From Squalus acanthias (lineage: Eukaryota), in assembly GCA_030390025.1 (NCBI GenBank), contig CM059432.1, forward strand, positions 85,438,001-85,502,000: a DNA stretch of 64,000 nucleotides, given 5' to 3'. How positions within the stretch are numbered: the first letter of the stretch is position 1; each line of letters opens with the position of its first letter. The translations under genes and the position numbers were made by a program. This document shows, piece by piece, positions 37,173 through 49,201 of this stretch. The notes beneath the pieces were generated by a model. It was not told the DNA's origin. It was given only the letters and a program-made list of their open reading frames with translations, and did not search any database.

Positions 37173-38001
37173 GCCATTTATTGCACACTTAACTCAACCA
37201 GCTCCTGTGAATATGAACTGGGAAAATCTGTTTGGAAATCTATACACAGAAAGCCTGCAATTAGGTCTGAAATTAAAACAGAAATTGCTGGCCAAGTACT
37301 GTAGCTCCCAGTTCCAAAAAGAGAAAAATATAGGCCAACACCATTTTAGTTTAATGAGTGTCATTAGTGTCTATAACAGATTGGTTGTTTGACTGCTTCT
37401 AGTGATTACATTTAAAAAAGTGCAGGATGTGTTATACAATGACACTCATTAGACTGAAATATACGAGCACGTTTTATCAGAAACATAGGAGGAGAAATTG
37501 GGCTCTGTAGTGCCCGCTTTTTAGGTGCTACACGGCCTCCTAACAATGGAAAATGGGGTCCGAGATGCGCATGCACAGTTCTGACAGGAAGTGCGCCGGA
37601 CACCATCTAGGTAAAGGGGTTTGCGCGCGTGCACCTAACAACCATGGGCAGCATGCAGAGCATGCAGATTATGACATCAATCAGTGTTCCAAGCTGATTT
37701 GACGCCATTGTGCCATTTTCGAATGTCAAGCTCCTGCATACATCTTGTTTTAACCTCGCACAGCTGAACATGATGTTACACGGTATTAAGGACCCCCCAC
37801 CAGCACTATTTAAAGGATCATGAACTACTTACAGGTTAGTTGCTGGATTATTTCTTGTGGCTGCTGGTGCAATTGTATGCGTTTTTGGAGCTTTTCTATA
37901 CTTGCCTAAAGTTTGAATAGTCTACAGGAAGTGGTCTGGCTGGTGCAGAAGTACTTTTCTGCTGATTTAAAACCTTGTACTGAAACAAGTTGCTTCCACA
38001 C

Positions 38002-39184
38002 ATGGGTGGCCTGGTAGGCCTTCCTCTTGGAATTCAGCATGACCGGGAGAATGAAGAGAGGCTACATAGAGCAGGACAAGCTGCTAGAAGAGGGAGGAGG
38101 AGGAGGAGGAGTGGGAGAAGGGCTCTCAAGCAGAGGGCCATATCCGCCAAGGGTCTTTAGGGAGCAATTTTCTTAGCACAACTTCAGCGAGGACCAATGC
38201 TTCAGACGTCTTTGCTTCACTAAAGAGGTTGTGACTGAAATCTGCCAACTGCTGCAGCCACAGCTGCAACCTCAAAGTAGGGCAAGAACAGCATTGCCTG
38301 TGGCTGTCAAGGTGACCATGGCTCTTAACTTTTATATATCTGGCTCCTTCCAGTCTGCTGCTGGAGATATAAACAACATCTCACAGTTTGCAGTACACTG
38401 CTGCATAAGGGAGGTCACTAAGACTCTCTATACACAGAGAGACAGCTTCATCTCATTCCCTCTTGCCAGAGACAAGCAGGCGGAATGAGCAAAAGGATTT
38501 GCACGGATTGTAGGCTTCCCCATAGTACAGGGTACTGACTGCACGCATATTGCCTTGTGTGCGCCTCATCTGAACATTTTCATGAACCGAAAGGGATTCC
38601 ATTCCCTCAATGTGCAGCTACTGTGCGACCACAATCAGTGCTTCATGCAGGTGAATGCCCGTTATCCTGGCAGTAGTCACAATTCCTGCATTCTGTGGCA
38701 GTCCTTCATGCCACCTGTATTTGACCCACCACAGCATGTCAAAGGATGGCTACTGGGTGACAAGGCTTATCCCTTCATAACATGGCTCATGAGTGCGGTC
38801 AGAAACCCACGCTCACGTGTACAGCAGGTCTACAATGAGAGCCATGTTGCCACAAGGAACATTATAGAGCGCACCATCGGCATCCTCAAACTTCTGCTAC
38901 CTGCTGGAGGAGCCCTGCAGTACTCAGCTGAGCGGGTCTCAAGATTTGTGGTAGTATGCTGCATGCTGCATAACTTCGCCATTATGAGGGAACAGCCCTT
39001 ACCACCACCTATCAGGCGAGAAGTTGAGCAGCAGGAGCACAATTAAGAGCAGGAGGAGGTGGAGGAAGAGGAGAAACTGCAACAGGAAGTGGAGAAACAG
39101 GAAGAGGAAGGGAGGCTACAACATAGGCAGCCCCTTTCTACCCAGGCTCTACTTGATCAAATAATTCATGAATGATACCAGTAA
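38002..39184 (+). pseudogene. Harbinger (HARBI1-like) DDE transposase pseudogene
   Basis: LPVAVKVTMALNFYISGSFQ, DCTHI, NRKGFHSLNVQ, YPGSSHN, WLLGDKAYP, RNIIERTIGILK, CCMLHN; several stops and frameshifts. Confidence 0.92.
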
Positions 39185-40296
39185 CCTCAACCAGACCTCC
39201 TCATTCATCAACAGTCCCACCCTCCTTACCTTTCCTCTATCACTGACCATCACATCGTCCTCTTTCCGACAGAGGGTGACCTTGAGCAGCTCTGGGCCTA
39301 GAAGGCCCAGCTTCAGACTGCACCATCTCGGCCTGAGCTGCAGCATTCTGGGCTGGCTGGTTGATAGGCAAAAACAAGGGCATTGGCGGAGTGGCAGTTT
39401 TGGGAGCAGGCATGCTGTCATCCTGAGAGAAGACAGCAGGTTCGTGCTCCATGGAGTTACTGCCACTCTCCCGGGGCAGCGCCTCAGCAATCCTACTGAT
39501 CTGTTCGAGAACAGATTGATGGATTCTGTGACTCCCTGGAAGCCCCTTTGAACAGTGATATCCAGAGCCATGATGGCAGCAGTCTGGGCTTGCAAGGCAG
39601 CAGTCTGGGCTTGCAAGGCAGCAGTCTGGGCTTGCCAGGTAGCACTCAGATCTTTGATGGAAGCTGTTTGTGCTGTAATGGAAGCTGTGACATCAGCCAT
39701 CAGATGCTGCATCATGGTGGATTCCACAGGTGTGCTGATGGTCGTGACCACCCGTTCCATGTTGGAGAGGATGGACTCCAAGGTCTACACAAAGCCCTGT
39801 GCCAAGTTGCTGCTGGACTCCTCCATGCTCAACATTGAGCGCAGGCTTTTTGGCAGGCTTTCCAGTGCACCAAACATTTTGTTGTGCATACCCATCAGCG
39901 TTCTTCTGTAGCCTAGCCCATTGAAGTCCTCATCTGACTCCTCTGCAGCAGAACTAGCATGTGAAATCACCCTACGGCAAGCTGGCACCTGCGCTATCCT
40001 TTCCCCCTGCCTTGGCTCCTGCGCACTGGTGCCCGGTGTCTCACCACATGCAGATCCCTCCTCTATCCTAGCCGCTAAAATATGCGCAGTGTTAGTGTCT
40101 GAGCTGGTGGCTGCGAGGCTAAGATCGAGTGACGGTGTCTCTTCATCTTCAATGTCTTCTTCCTCTTCCTCCACTGACTGGGAAGGCTCCAATTCTCGGG
40201 TATCTGAAATGAAATAGGGACAAGGGTTGCATTGTGGTGAGGGGAGAGGAGAAAGTAAGAAGTGCATGCTTACACCATCTGCAGCTTCTAAGTCAT

Positions 40297-40597
40297 GCAG
40301 GCATGCTGTCATCCTGAGAGAAGACAGCAGGTTCGTGCTCCATGGAGTTACTGCCACTCTCCCGGGGCAGCGCCTCAGCAATCCTACTGATCTGTTCGAG
40401 AACAGATTGATGGATTCTGTGACTCCCTGGAAGCCCCTTTGAACAGTGATATCCAGAGCCATGATGGCAGCAGTCTGGGCTTGCAAGGCAGCAGTCTGGG
40501 CTTGCAAGGCAGCAGTCTGGGCTTGCCAGGTAGCACTCAGATCTTTGATGGAAGCTGTTTGTGCTGTAATGGAAGCTGTGACATCAGCCATCAGATG
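40297..40597 (+). repeat. 301-bp direct duplicate of 39406-39706
   Basis: No differences found by eye; offset 891 bp. Confidence 0.95.
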
Positions 40598-41136
40598 GCT
40601 CCCAGTCGGGGAACACTTCAGCAGCCAGGGGCATTCAGCCTCGGATCTGCGGGTAAGCGTTCTCCAAGGCGGCCTTCGAGATACACGACAGCGCAAAATC
40701 ATAGAGCAGAAACTGATAGCCAAGTTCCGCACTCATGAATATGGCCTCAATCGCGATATCGGGTTCATGTCACGATACAGAACGTGACTTGACATCATGG
40801 CCGGTCTTCCCAGGTGTTTTTTTTGGTGTTTTTTTTTTTGTTTTTTTTTTTAAAAACACAAGAACACAAATTGACAGGATATGCAGCCAGCAGGTGGTTT
40901 GACACGCTGGACCCCCTGGGACACATCTCATTGTCTTGGCTGTGCTCTTTGTTGTAGCGAATAATGTGAATAGATTTTGTCTGGGTTTAAATTGTGAATT
41001 CTGGGAGATTCTCTCATTGCTAACTTACCTGACGAAGGAGCGATAGCTCCGAAAGCTTGTAAAATTAAATAAATCTGTTGGACTATAACCTGGTGTTGTG
41101 CGACTTCTCATTTTTGTCCACCCCAGTCCAACGCCG
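40598..41136 (+). mobile_element. Penelope-like element 3' end (GIY-YIG C-terminus and 3' UTR)
   Basis: LPVGEHFSSQGHSASDLRVSVL...EQKLIAKFRTHEYGLNRD; composite flanked by 15-bp GCAGCTTCTAAGTCA at 40281-40295 and 41137-41151. Confidence 0.88.
41025..41062 (+). ncRNA. Minimal hammerhead ribozyme motif
   Basis: TTAC-CTGACGA-A-GGAGC GATA GCTCC-GAAAGCTT-GTAA. Confidence 0.8.
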
Positions 41137-42213
41137 GCAGCTTCTAAGTCAGAAGAGATTGTAGGATGAGGGAGAAATGGGATGAGAGAAAGGGGATTAG
41201 GTATCCAGATACCCTTTTAATCGATCGCTTCAGCCCCGCCAGTGGCCACAGCCTCAGTGCTGCCCTTCCCATGATGGCCAGCACTGTCTCCACCATGGGG
41301 GTTAAAACATACAGACACGCTTGTCCTCCTCCAGTTCTTTGCTGCTGCCTGCTGTTATGTGCCACCTTCTCCTGCAAGAAAGAGGGAGGTGTGTCAGTGA
41401 GGGTCCTGCAATATGTTTGGGTGATGTGGCTGTCATGATTGAATAGCTGCCAGTGTGAGCGAGCTGTGAGTTGGGGGTGTGAGGCTTGCAACAGTGCTAA
41501 GTGTGTGAGAGTGAGGTAAACCATATGAATTGAAGGGTTGAGTACTGATTGATAGAGATTGTTGGTAGGTGGGTGATGGAGGTGTAGTGAATTGAGCAGT
41601 GGATGAGGCTAGTGGTGCTGTTGGTAGGATATGCCATTTGAAGATGAACTCACTCACCTTGACAACTCGTGTCAGGTCGTTAAACTTCTTCCTGCACTGC
41701 ATCCATGTTCTTGGAGCAACACTCCTGGCATTGACCTCCGCCACTATTTGTTCCCGCTACCTCCTGAGCATATGCCTGGAGGGTCTCCTGCCCCCCTGCG
41801 GATGCAGGACCTCTCTCATTCCACTGTACCACCAAGCATTGTCTGAAACCTTGGTGCTCGCTCTCTCGCATGTTCAGCCATTGCTCAATGTATCACAGCT
41901 CAAATTGCCTTTTGAAAAAACATTCCCACCACTTCTTGCAGCCACAATGCACTTCCCCTTTAAGAGGTGCAGGCTGCCTTTTAGTAGCGCTAGCCACTCG
42001 TGATAACGGGCCTCCTGCTGATGTGTGCAGCCAATGAATAACGCGGGTAATGCTGGCTGCATGCAGAAATCATGTAAAATTGCAGGCAGCACCAATTTAA
42101 CGTGCTGCCGGCAACACAATGCACAGATGTGGGTTAATCGCGCACCGCGATCGCTACCCCGTTTTCAGGGTTTAGCCAGTTTCTCCCCCAAAGTGACCAA
42201 AATTCATGGGTTG

Positions 42214-42688
42214 GGGAGGCTAGAAATTGGGAGCTTCACCTACAGTAGGGCCGGAATCTGGAGTTGAACCTGGATCCGGCAGGTTTCTGTGACATTTGCA
42301 TTCCATCACAAATTCCAATCTGGTCAGGCAGAGCCATTTCTTATGTCCACTCTCCTGCATAGACTTCGGGAGCGTTCATCAGCTACCCCAGGAATTCCAC
42401 CCAGAACACCACCTGATAGACCTAGCAGGACCTACACCTGCTGAGAGGAGGCATAGATCCTGTCCTGCCCCATGATTGTGGGAAAGAAAGACTAACAATC
42501 CCTTCCTGCGATTCAGAATCTCATGTCATCAGGACAGGTACCTTAGGTACAGTCCGCCCACCCAGACCGTGAAAATAACCCCATTCCTGTGATTTGAGAC
42601 AGGTCAAGGGCCTGGACAGTCGGGCGATGGAACTCTCATTCCACAGCATTTGCAACGGTAGATCAGCAACCTACTAATTTCAGGCCCA
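42214..42688. mobile_element. Degenerate MITE
   Basis: GGCTAGAAATTGG / CTAATTTCAGGCCC ends. Confidence 0.45.
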
Positions 42689-43194
42689 TGGGCTTTCATT
42701 TGAATCAGGAGCCAGCAATAAACAACTTCTGAATAAAGGAGCATTTTCATAGAATTATAAAAATTACAGCACAGGAGGAGACCATTCAGCCCCTGGTGCT
42801 GGTGCTTTCTCCTGTAACCCCATTCCTCCCTCCCCCCACCCCCCCCCCGACCCCCGATCCTTTTATAATCCTTATTTGTAAACATTTATCCCATTCCCTT
42901 TTAAACGACAGTTTAGTTTGCCTCAATAGGCATGTAGTGAAGCATCTCATGGTCTAATAGCTGTTAGTTCAAGAGCCTTCCTTCTCCTTTCCCCTTGTTT
43001 CTTCCAGTGGGAATCCTCAGTCTCCGTCACTATTTACCTACAGTAAGGTCCCCAGATTTCACTTAGCCCTTTACTGGCTGCTCCTCACTTGGCACCGCTC
43101 CCACTCTTTTGCGGAAAATATTAATCCCCACATCCAACCCATTCTCCAATCTCCCTCTGTCCTCCGCTCAAGCCCCAAACCCCCCCCCCCCCGC

Positions 43195-43735
43195 CCCCCA
43201 GTCTCCATCTCTCCCTCCGAGCCACCATTCCCAAGTCTCAATCTCTCCTCTGAGCCCCCATTCCCCAATCTCCGTCTCTTCCCGAGCCCCCATTCCCCAA
43301 TCTCCATCTCTCCCCCGAGGCCCCATTCCCCAGTCTCCATCTCTTCCCCAAGCCCCCATTCCCTAGTCTCCATCTCTCCCCGAGCCCCCATTCCCCAGTC
43401 TCCATCTCTCCCCGAGCCCCCATTTCCCAGTCTCCATCTCTCCCCGAGCCCCCATTCCCCAGTCTCCATCTCTCCCCGAGCCCCCATTCCCCAGTCTCCA
43501 TCTCTCCCCCTGAGCCCTCATTCCCCAGTCTCCATCTCTCCCCCTGAGCCCTCATTCCCCAGTCTCCATCTCTCTCCCCTGAGCCCTCATTCCCCAGTCT
43601 CCATCTTTCCCCTTGAGCCCCCATTCCCCAGTCTCCATCTTTCCCCCAGAGCCCCCATTCCCCAGTCTCCATCTCTCCCCCGAGCCCCCATTCCCCTTCT
43701 CCCCCGAGCCCCCATTCCCCAGTCTCCATCTCTTT
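43195..43735. repeat. About 31-33-bp C-rich/G-rich minisatellite
   Basis: Unit GAGCCCCCATTCCCCAGTCTCCATCTCTCCCC, about 16-17 copies. Confidence 0.95.
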
Positions 43736-43749
43736 CTGACTCCCAAGCT

Positions 43750-44045
43750 ACCCACGATTGCTGACTCCTGAGCCGCCCTGCCCCGGACTCCTAGCCCTCG
43801 AGTTTTCCCGGCACCAGCCAGTCCCGGCTCTCTGCGGCGGTGGTGGTAGAGTGGCCGGAGACAGAAAATTATGCAGTGGGGCTTCGTGCAAATGGCACGT
43901 GAATGAAAACTGAAGGGGACAGAGAGCGGTATTCCGGAGTTTATTCACCCTGCACAGGGATAGACTGCAGCACTGACGCGCATGCGCAAATGGGCGATAC
44001 AACAAACATTTCTCCCAAGGTGCCAACAGCAACGCTCGGAAGAGG
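43750..44045. promoter_or_regulatory. Candidate CpG-rich host promoter
   Basis: CpG-rich segment not repeated in this window; NRF1-type GCGCATGCGC 43978-43987, E-box CACGTG 43896-43901, CCGCCC 43773, ETS-like CGGAAG 44037. Confidence 0.5.
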
Positions 44046-44097
44046 AATTGGCGATTTCAGGAGACTGCAGTCAAAACCATGAGTGTTGGGAGCCCTA

Positions 44098-44403
44098 GGG
44101 CTGAATTTTGCCGGCGCTCAGAGTGCGGGTTTGGAGGCGGGTCTGCTGTCAAAATCGAAATGATTGACAGCGGGTTGGGAACCCGCTCCGAACCCGCCTC
44201 CATGTAAATTTCAAATGATGTCATCAGACTCGCTTCCTGTTAATTGGCCAGGAACCTCGCAGGGCAGGCTTAACAAGCCCAATCAGGGGAAAATCCTTTT
44301 CACAGAGTGGCTGGAGCCGGGAGCGGGACCGGAACCCGCCAACGACCTCTCCCGCCGCAATCCCGCGTCCCTAGTGACTGGCAATCTTTTAGAAATTCAC
44401 CCC
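44098..44403. mobile_element. Harbinger-type MITE
   Basis: GGGCTGAATTT / AAATTCACCCC; CTA TSD. Confidence 0.75.
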
Positions 44404-45453
44404 CTAGATTCTGTCGCTTTAAAACTATTAGGTATTGCAGAATAAATTGATGTCTGATTAAAATCCACTCCCCCCTCCCCACCCACCATATATTTTTTAA
44501 GTAAAAGTTGTTGCTCTGGACAATCACAGACAGAAGAAGGGAACATAGATAATGCAAAAATTGAGATAACAGTCACTGCACTCCAGAAATAAGTCACTCT
44601 CTGAAGTGCTTTAAAGTATTTTGCAATATGATAGCGATGTGATCTATAGGTATACCAGGGTTTTACAGTACAATGAAGCCAATTCCAGGGCTTGGTTGTT
44701 CCCACAGTTAGGATGTTTTAAACAATTGAGAGAGAAGTCTCTTAATTATTTTCTCCATTCTTCCTCTGTACACAAGCAATATTCACCATTGTAGTCATTA
44801 AAATGTCTAAATACTACTGATAGCAAATTAAATGATGTCCATATCACGATACCCAAAAAGTTTGCTTTGTTGTTAGTCAAAATGAAAACAAATGTCAGTT
44901 TAAATTTTTTTTTAGCAGTCATTTTTTTTCTCTCCTTGCAGCCCAGTTACATTGGTGCTCCAGATTTAGTCACAACCAATCTCAATTGGACTCCACAGAA
45001 ACAAACATGAGCAGCAATCCGAACCTTTTTCTGAATCAGGATCCTGTACTATCAAAACCAGTCAGCTGACAGTTCCCACTTGTATATAGATAAGACTGAG
45101 TGATGGGTGCTCCTGTGGCTGAGTCGTAAGATCTTCCAGTGGGAAGTTAATCACTCAGTTTCTTGAGCCAGTAGAGATGGCCACTTTGAAATGTTTTCAT
45201 TGAACTGTTTAGTTCATATCTTACCATGGTGTCAGAGGTTTCAAAACAGTTATTCAAGTATAATTTCATAGTCTGACTCATGGGTCATTGCAATGATTGA
45301 CTTAATCCTGTGCAATTGTCATGGGTTCTTGTAATGAAAAGGAAAATGGATTAATCACATCCAAGACCTTCAGGTGTCAAATTCTAAATACAATATGCCA
45401 AGCTCTGGAAGGCATCGATATTTGGCAGGCAGAATGCTCCCTAGTTTTGCATT

Positions 45454-46077
45454 GGGGCCGATTATAAGTGCCTCCATCCGGCATAAACAGGGCAGTAGCA
45501 GCCTAAAAATTACTTCTAGTTACTTAACACCCCATTCACGCTGATGCTGTGGCTGCTGCCATCCTGAGAAGGGCGACAGGAGCACCCGCTTGTTTCAGGC
45601 ATGAAACTAGTGGTATGGAAATTTGCTCCTTTGGTATATATAGGACTCCGAATGCCATTCTGAGGTACAGTGAGCGGAGTGTGTGGCGCTGGCACTTTGC
45701 CCATTTGTACCAGCCTAACCAGCGGTCAAAAAATGGCCCAGCGATATTTTTAACTTTTATTTTTGTGGGGTTCCTCCTGGCCCCAGAAAAAATACTCTGG
45801 CCCATTACCAGCCCATGCGCAGCCCTCCCCTGGGATCACCTCCCAGTCCCAGGCTCTGACTGTCACCTGTCTTCGCGCAGGAGCTGGATGATTTCCCGCC
45901 CTCCCGAACCAGCGGGCTACCTCGTAGCGACGGTTTGCTGTGTGCAACTCGCCAGCTGTGTGTAAATGAGGCCCACTCCTCAAAATGACTTGGGCCTCAC
46001 AATGGTAACAAGGGCAGCCGGCAGGCACATTCCGCCTGCTGACCACGTGCCTTGCACCTAAACTTAAAATCGGCCAC
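45454..46077. mobile_element. Harbinger-type MITE
   Basis: GGGGCCGATTATAAG / CTTAAAATCGGCCAC; ATT TSD. Confidence 0.8.
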
Positions 46078-46082
46078 ATTGA

Positions 46083-46613
46083 TGCCTAGAAATTCGGGAG
46101 TTTAGCGCCGGCAGTTAAGGCGGTTTTTGTGGAAAAAATGCCGTGTCCTCGCTTCCGCCCACATCTAGCGCAGGCCGCACTGGACGTCATATTGGTGAGG
46201 GCAAAAAAAGAGGCGTTGTTTAGCTTTGTCTGAAGCAGGCATTCGGCCATTAACATATTCAAATAAGGGGCCTAACCCCTGCTTCTGCTCCTCTTGCAAA
46301 TTTGGCTTGCATCTGAGGCAGCCAGCGACAGTGACCTTTACTCCTCGGAAAGCAAACATTAAACAGCGCCGAATGAAAAGAAGGTAAGTACTTACCATTG
46401 TCATCTCTGACTTCACTCCCAATTCCGACCTTCAGGCCCTCTCCAATCTCCACCTGATCCTGGCACCAACCTCCAGGTTCCCGCCCCCCCCCCCCCCCCC
46501 CGCCCCCGATGCTAGGCCCCGAGTACCGACATCCCCCCAATGCTAGCCCCGAGTCCCAATGTCCCCCCGATCCTGGCCCCGAGCCCCGACCTCCCCCGAT
46601 GCTGGCCCCAACC
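46083..46613. mobile_element. Truncated Harbinger-type MITE (one end only)
   Basis: GCCTAGAAATTCG start, similar to the left end at 35065; C-rich repeats, then CR1 sequence. Confidence 0.6.
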
Positions 46614-48480
46614 TCAGGTACTTATCCAACTCCCTGTTGAAAGCTGTGATTGAGTCTACCTCCACCAATTTCATCTGCCACGTGTCCACCCATTCATCCA
46701 GTCTGTCTATGTCCTCTTGAAGTCTATCACTATCCTCCTCACTGTTCACTATACTTCCAAGTTTGTGTCATCTGCAAATTTTGAAATTGTGCCCTGTACA
46801 CCCACATCCAAGTCATTAATATATATCAAGAATAGCAGTGGTCCTAGAACCGACCCCTGAGGAACACCACTGTATACCTTCCTTCAGTACGACAAACAAC
46901 CGTTCGCCACTACTCACTGTTTCCTGTCCCTTAGCCAATTTTGTATCCATGCAGCCACTGTCCCTTTTATTCCATGGACTTCAACTTTGCTGGCAAGCCT
47001 ATTATGTGGCATTTTGTCGAATGCCATTTGAAAATCTATGTACACCACGTCAACTGCATTGCCCTCATCAACCCTCTCTGTTACCTCATCAAAAAACTCG
47101 ATCAAGTTGGTTAAACACGATTTGCCTTTAACAAATCTGTGCTGGCTTTCCTTAATTAATCCACACTTGTCCAAGTGACTGTTAATTTTGTCCCTGATTA
47201 TTATTTCTAAAAGCTTCCCCACTACTGAGGTTAAACTGACTGACCTGTAGTTGCTGGGTTTATCTTTACACCCTTTTTTGAACAAGGGTGTAACATTTGC
47301 AATTCTCCAGTCCTCTGGCACCACCCACGTTTCTAAGGAGGGTTGGAAGATTATGGCCAGTACCTCCGCGATTACTTCCTTCACTTCCCTCAGCATCCTA
47401 GGATGCATCCCATCTGGTCCTGGTCACTTATCGGGGGCAAAATTGGGTCGCGCCCCCTTTGGGGCACTAACTTCGCCACGGCGCCCGAAATTCACTGGTA
47501 GCGCCCCAAGAGGGAGGTGGGGCACTACTGGAAGCGCCCCGCCTCCTTCTTGGGGTGCTGCGAGTGAATATTGCGGTGCTTCGTGCCGCGGTACTGCAGG
47601 CCTTCCTCCCCTTATTAAAGGGGAGGGGCCTAGCGCGGCTACCAGGGATCGGAGTGCCGGCAAAAGAGCCCTGCACTCAAGAGAAGTGCCGGGCTCACGG
47701 AGCGCAGCCAGCACCCCGTGGGGGAGCTTCACAGGAGGCCGGGGACAGCAACGGGGGCAGGTGCTGGCAGGCGGCCAGCAACAAAAATGGCCACCCGGCA
47801 CCTCCCCTTTAATTTGCGCCACCCCGGCCGCAGGTAGGCCCCTTCACCCTGTTGGACATAGCGTCCGGCGGTAAGTCAGGGGCGCTACTGAAGATCGCGG
47901 CCGGGGCGGCGCAAACGGGAGGCGCAAATCAACCGAATTTTTCCCCCATCTACTTTAAGTACAGCCAGCCTTTCTAGTACCTTCTCTTTATCAATTTATA
48001 TCCCATCCAGTATCTACCTCCTTCTTCACTATGTCTATGGCAGCATCTTCTTCCTAGGTGAAGACAGATGCAAAGTACTCATTTAGCACCTCAGCCATAC
48101 CCTCTGCCTCCATGTGTAGGTCTCCTTTTTGGTCCCTAATCGGCCCCACCCCTCCTCTTACTACCCGTTTACTATTTATATTTATAAGAGTTCCAATTAC
48201 TCTAGTCTCTCCTTGTAACTAAGAGCTCTCTTCCCTGGTATCATTTTAGTAAATCGCTTCAGTGCCCTCTCATAGTCTTGACACCCTGCTTAAAGAAGGG
48301 CACCCAAAACTGTACACAATATTCTAAACAATGGTGTGTATAGGTTTAGCATTACCTCTTTCCTTTTGTACTTTCTGTCCCTATTTATATAGACCAGGAT
48401 TCCATAGGTCCTTTTTCATAGCTTGATCAACTTGTATTCCCAATTTTAAATACTTGTGTATCTATACCAATAAATCTCTG
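46614..48480 (-). mobile_element. Rearranged CR1 RT fragments
   Basis: HPRMLRE, NYRSVSLTS, YIDFQMAFDK. Confidence 0.85.
47433..47947. mobile_element. GC-rich Harbinger-type MITE in CR1
   Basis: GGGGGCAAAATT / AATTTTTCCCCC; ATC TSD; opposite-orientation paralog of 11281-12053. Confidence 0.88.
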
Positions 48481-48698
48481 TACACCTCTACAGAACATGC
48501 TTAAAGTTTCAGTAAACATAACGTAGAGGAATTGTTCTCCCCTGATGACGGGAGATTGGAATCTCAGGCTACCTGCCATTTATTGCCCCAGCTACAATTG
48601 GGCAAACTGAATTAGTTCTTATACTGGTCATTAGCGTGAACACCTTACAGATCTACAGATCAGAGAATGAACCAATGAAAATAAAGAGAAAAACCAAT

Positions 48699-49014
48699 GT
48701 GGGAATTTTAACTCCCACAGTTCTGCTTCTCCTGACCCCATGAAGGAAATTTTTTTAACTTACCTTACAGGGCCTCTTCAGTGGTCTGACCAGGTTCTTG
48801 CCTGACTGACTTCCTGGTTAAGACGGCGTCAGGATCCTATTGATGTAATAAGACTGTGATAAATGTATGAGTGTCCTGCCTGGTTCAGGCAGGCACCTCA
48901 TACGCCTGAATACTCGGGTATTTTAACATTGGAACCGCTCCATTTTAACTGCCCTGCCCCCCCTCCCCCACCCTCCATCTGGTTTCCAACAGGCGGGGTA
49001 GTTGAAATTCCCCC
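48699..49014. mobile_element. Degenerate MITE
   Basis: GGGAATTTTAAC / GTTGAAATTCCCC ends. Confidence 0.5.
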
Positions 49015-49201
49015 GGAGAGTTTTTATTTGAGATTGTTATAATGTGGAGCTGCACTAAGGTCCCTGATTATAAAGTTTGAGAAATGGAAGCCATATTGGA
49101 AAATTGCTAATGCTAGCAGCGTGTATCCTGCCGTTAAGTAAATTGCAAAATATTATGCCATGTTTTTATTTATCTTTTCTTCTCTTTCCTTCTAAAATAA
49201 A

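Larger units (their letters stand above)
39270..41880 (-). pseudogene. Three-exon Myb/SANT-like Harbinger partner gene
   Basis: AEVNARSVAPRTWMQCRKKFNDLTRVVK|GTGAGT (ends 41658); exon 2 41371-41213 EKVAHNSRQQQRTGGG; exon 3 from 40203 with QAQTAAL heptads; outer ends approximate. Confidence 0.8.
37488..42189. mobile_element. Two-gene PIF/Harbinger transposon (decayed autonomous-type copy)
   Basis: TIR GGAGGAGAAATTGG / CCAGTTTCTCCCCC (12/14 match), flanks ATA/AAA; convergent transposase and Myb genes. Confidence 0.88.

Noticed and set aside
38002..39184. Host HARBI1 gene
   Set aside because: Stops and frameshifts, TIRs and a paired Myb gene indicate a decayed transposon.
39785..40732. 315-aa novel ORF
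   Set aside because: Chance read-through of antisense PLE, the duplicated segment, an intron and Myb exon 3.
43071..43755. Gly/Glu/Trp-rich ORFs
   Set aside because: Translations of the minisatellite.
44920..45010. Plus-strand exon after a strong polypyrimidine/CAG acceptor
   Set aside because: No convincing donor or recognisable peptide; cannot be supported without RNA data.
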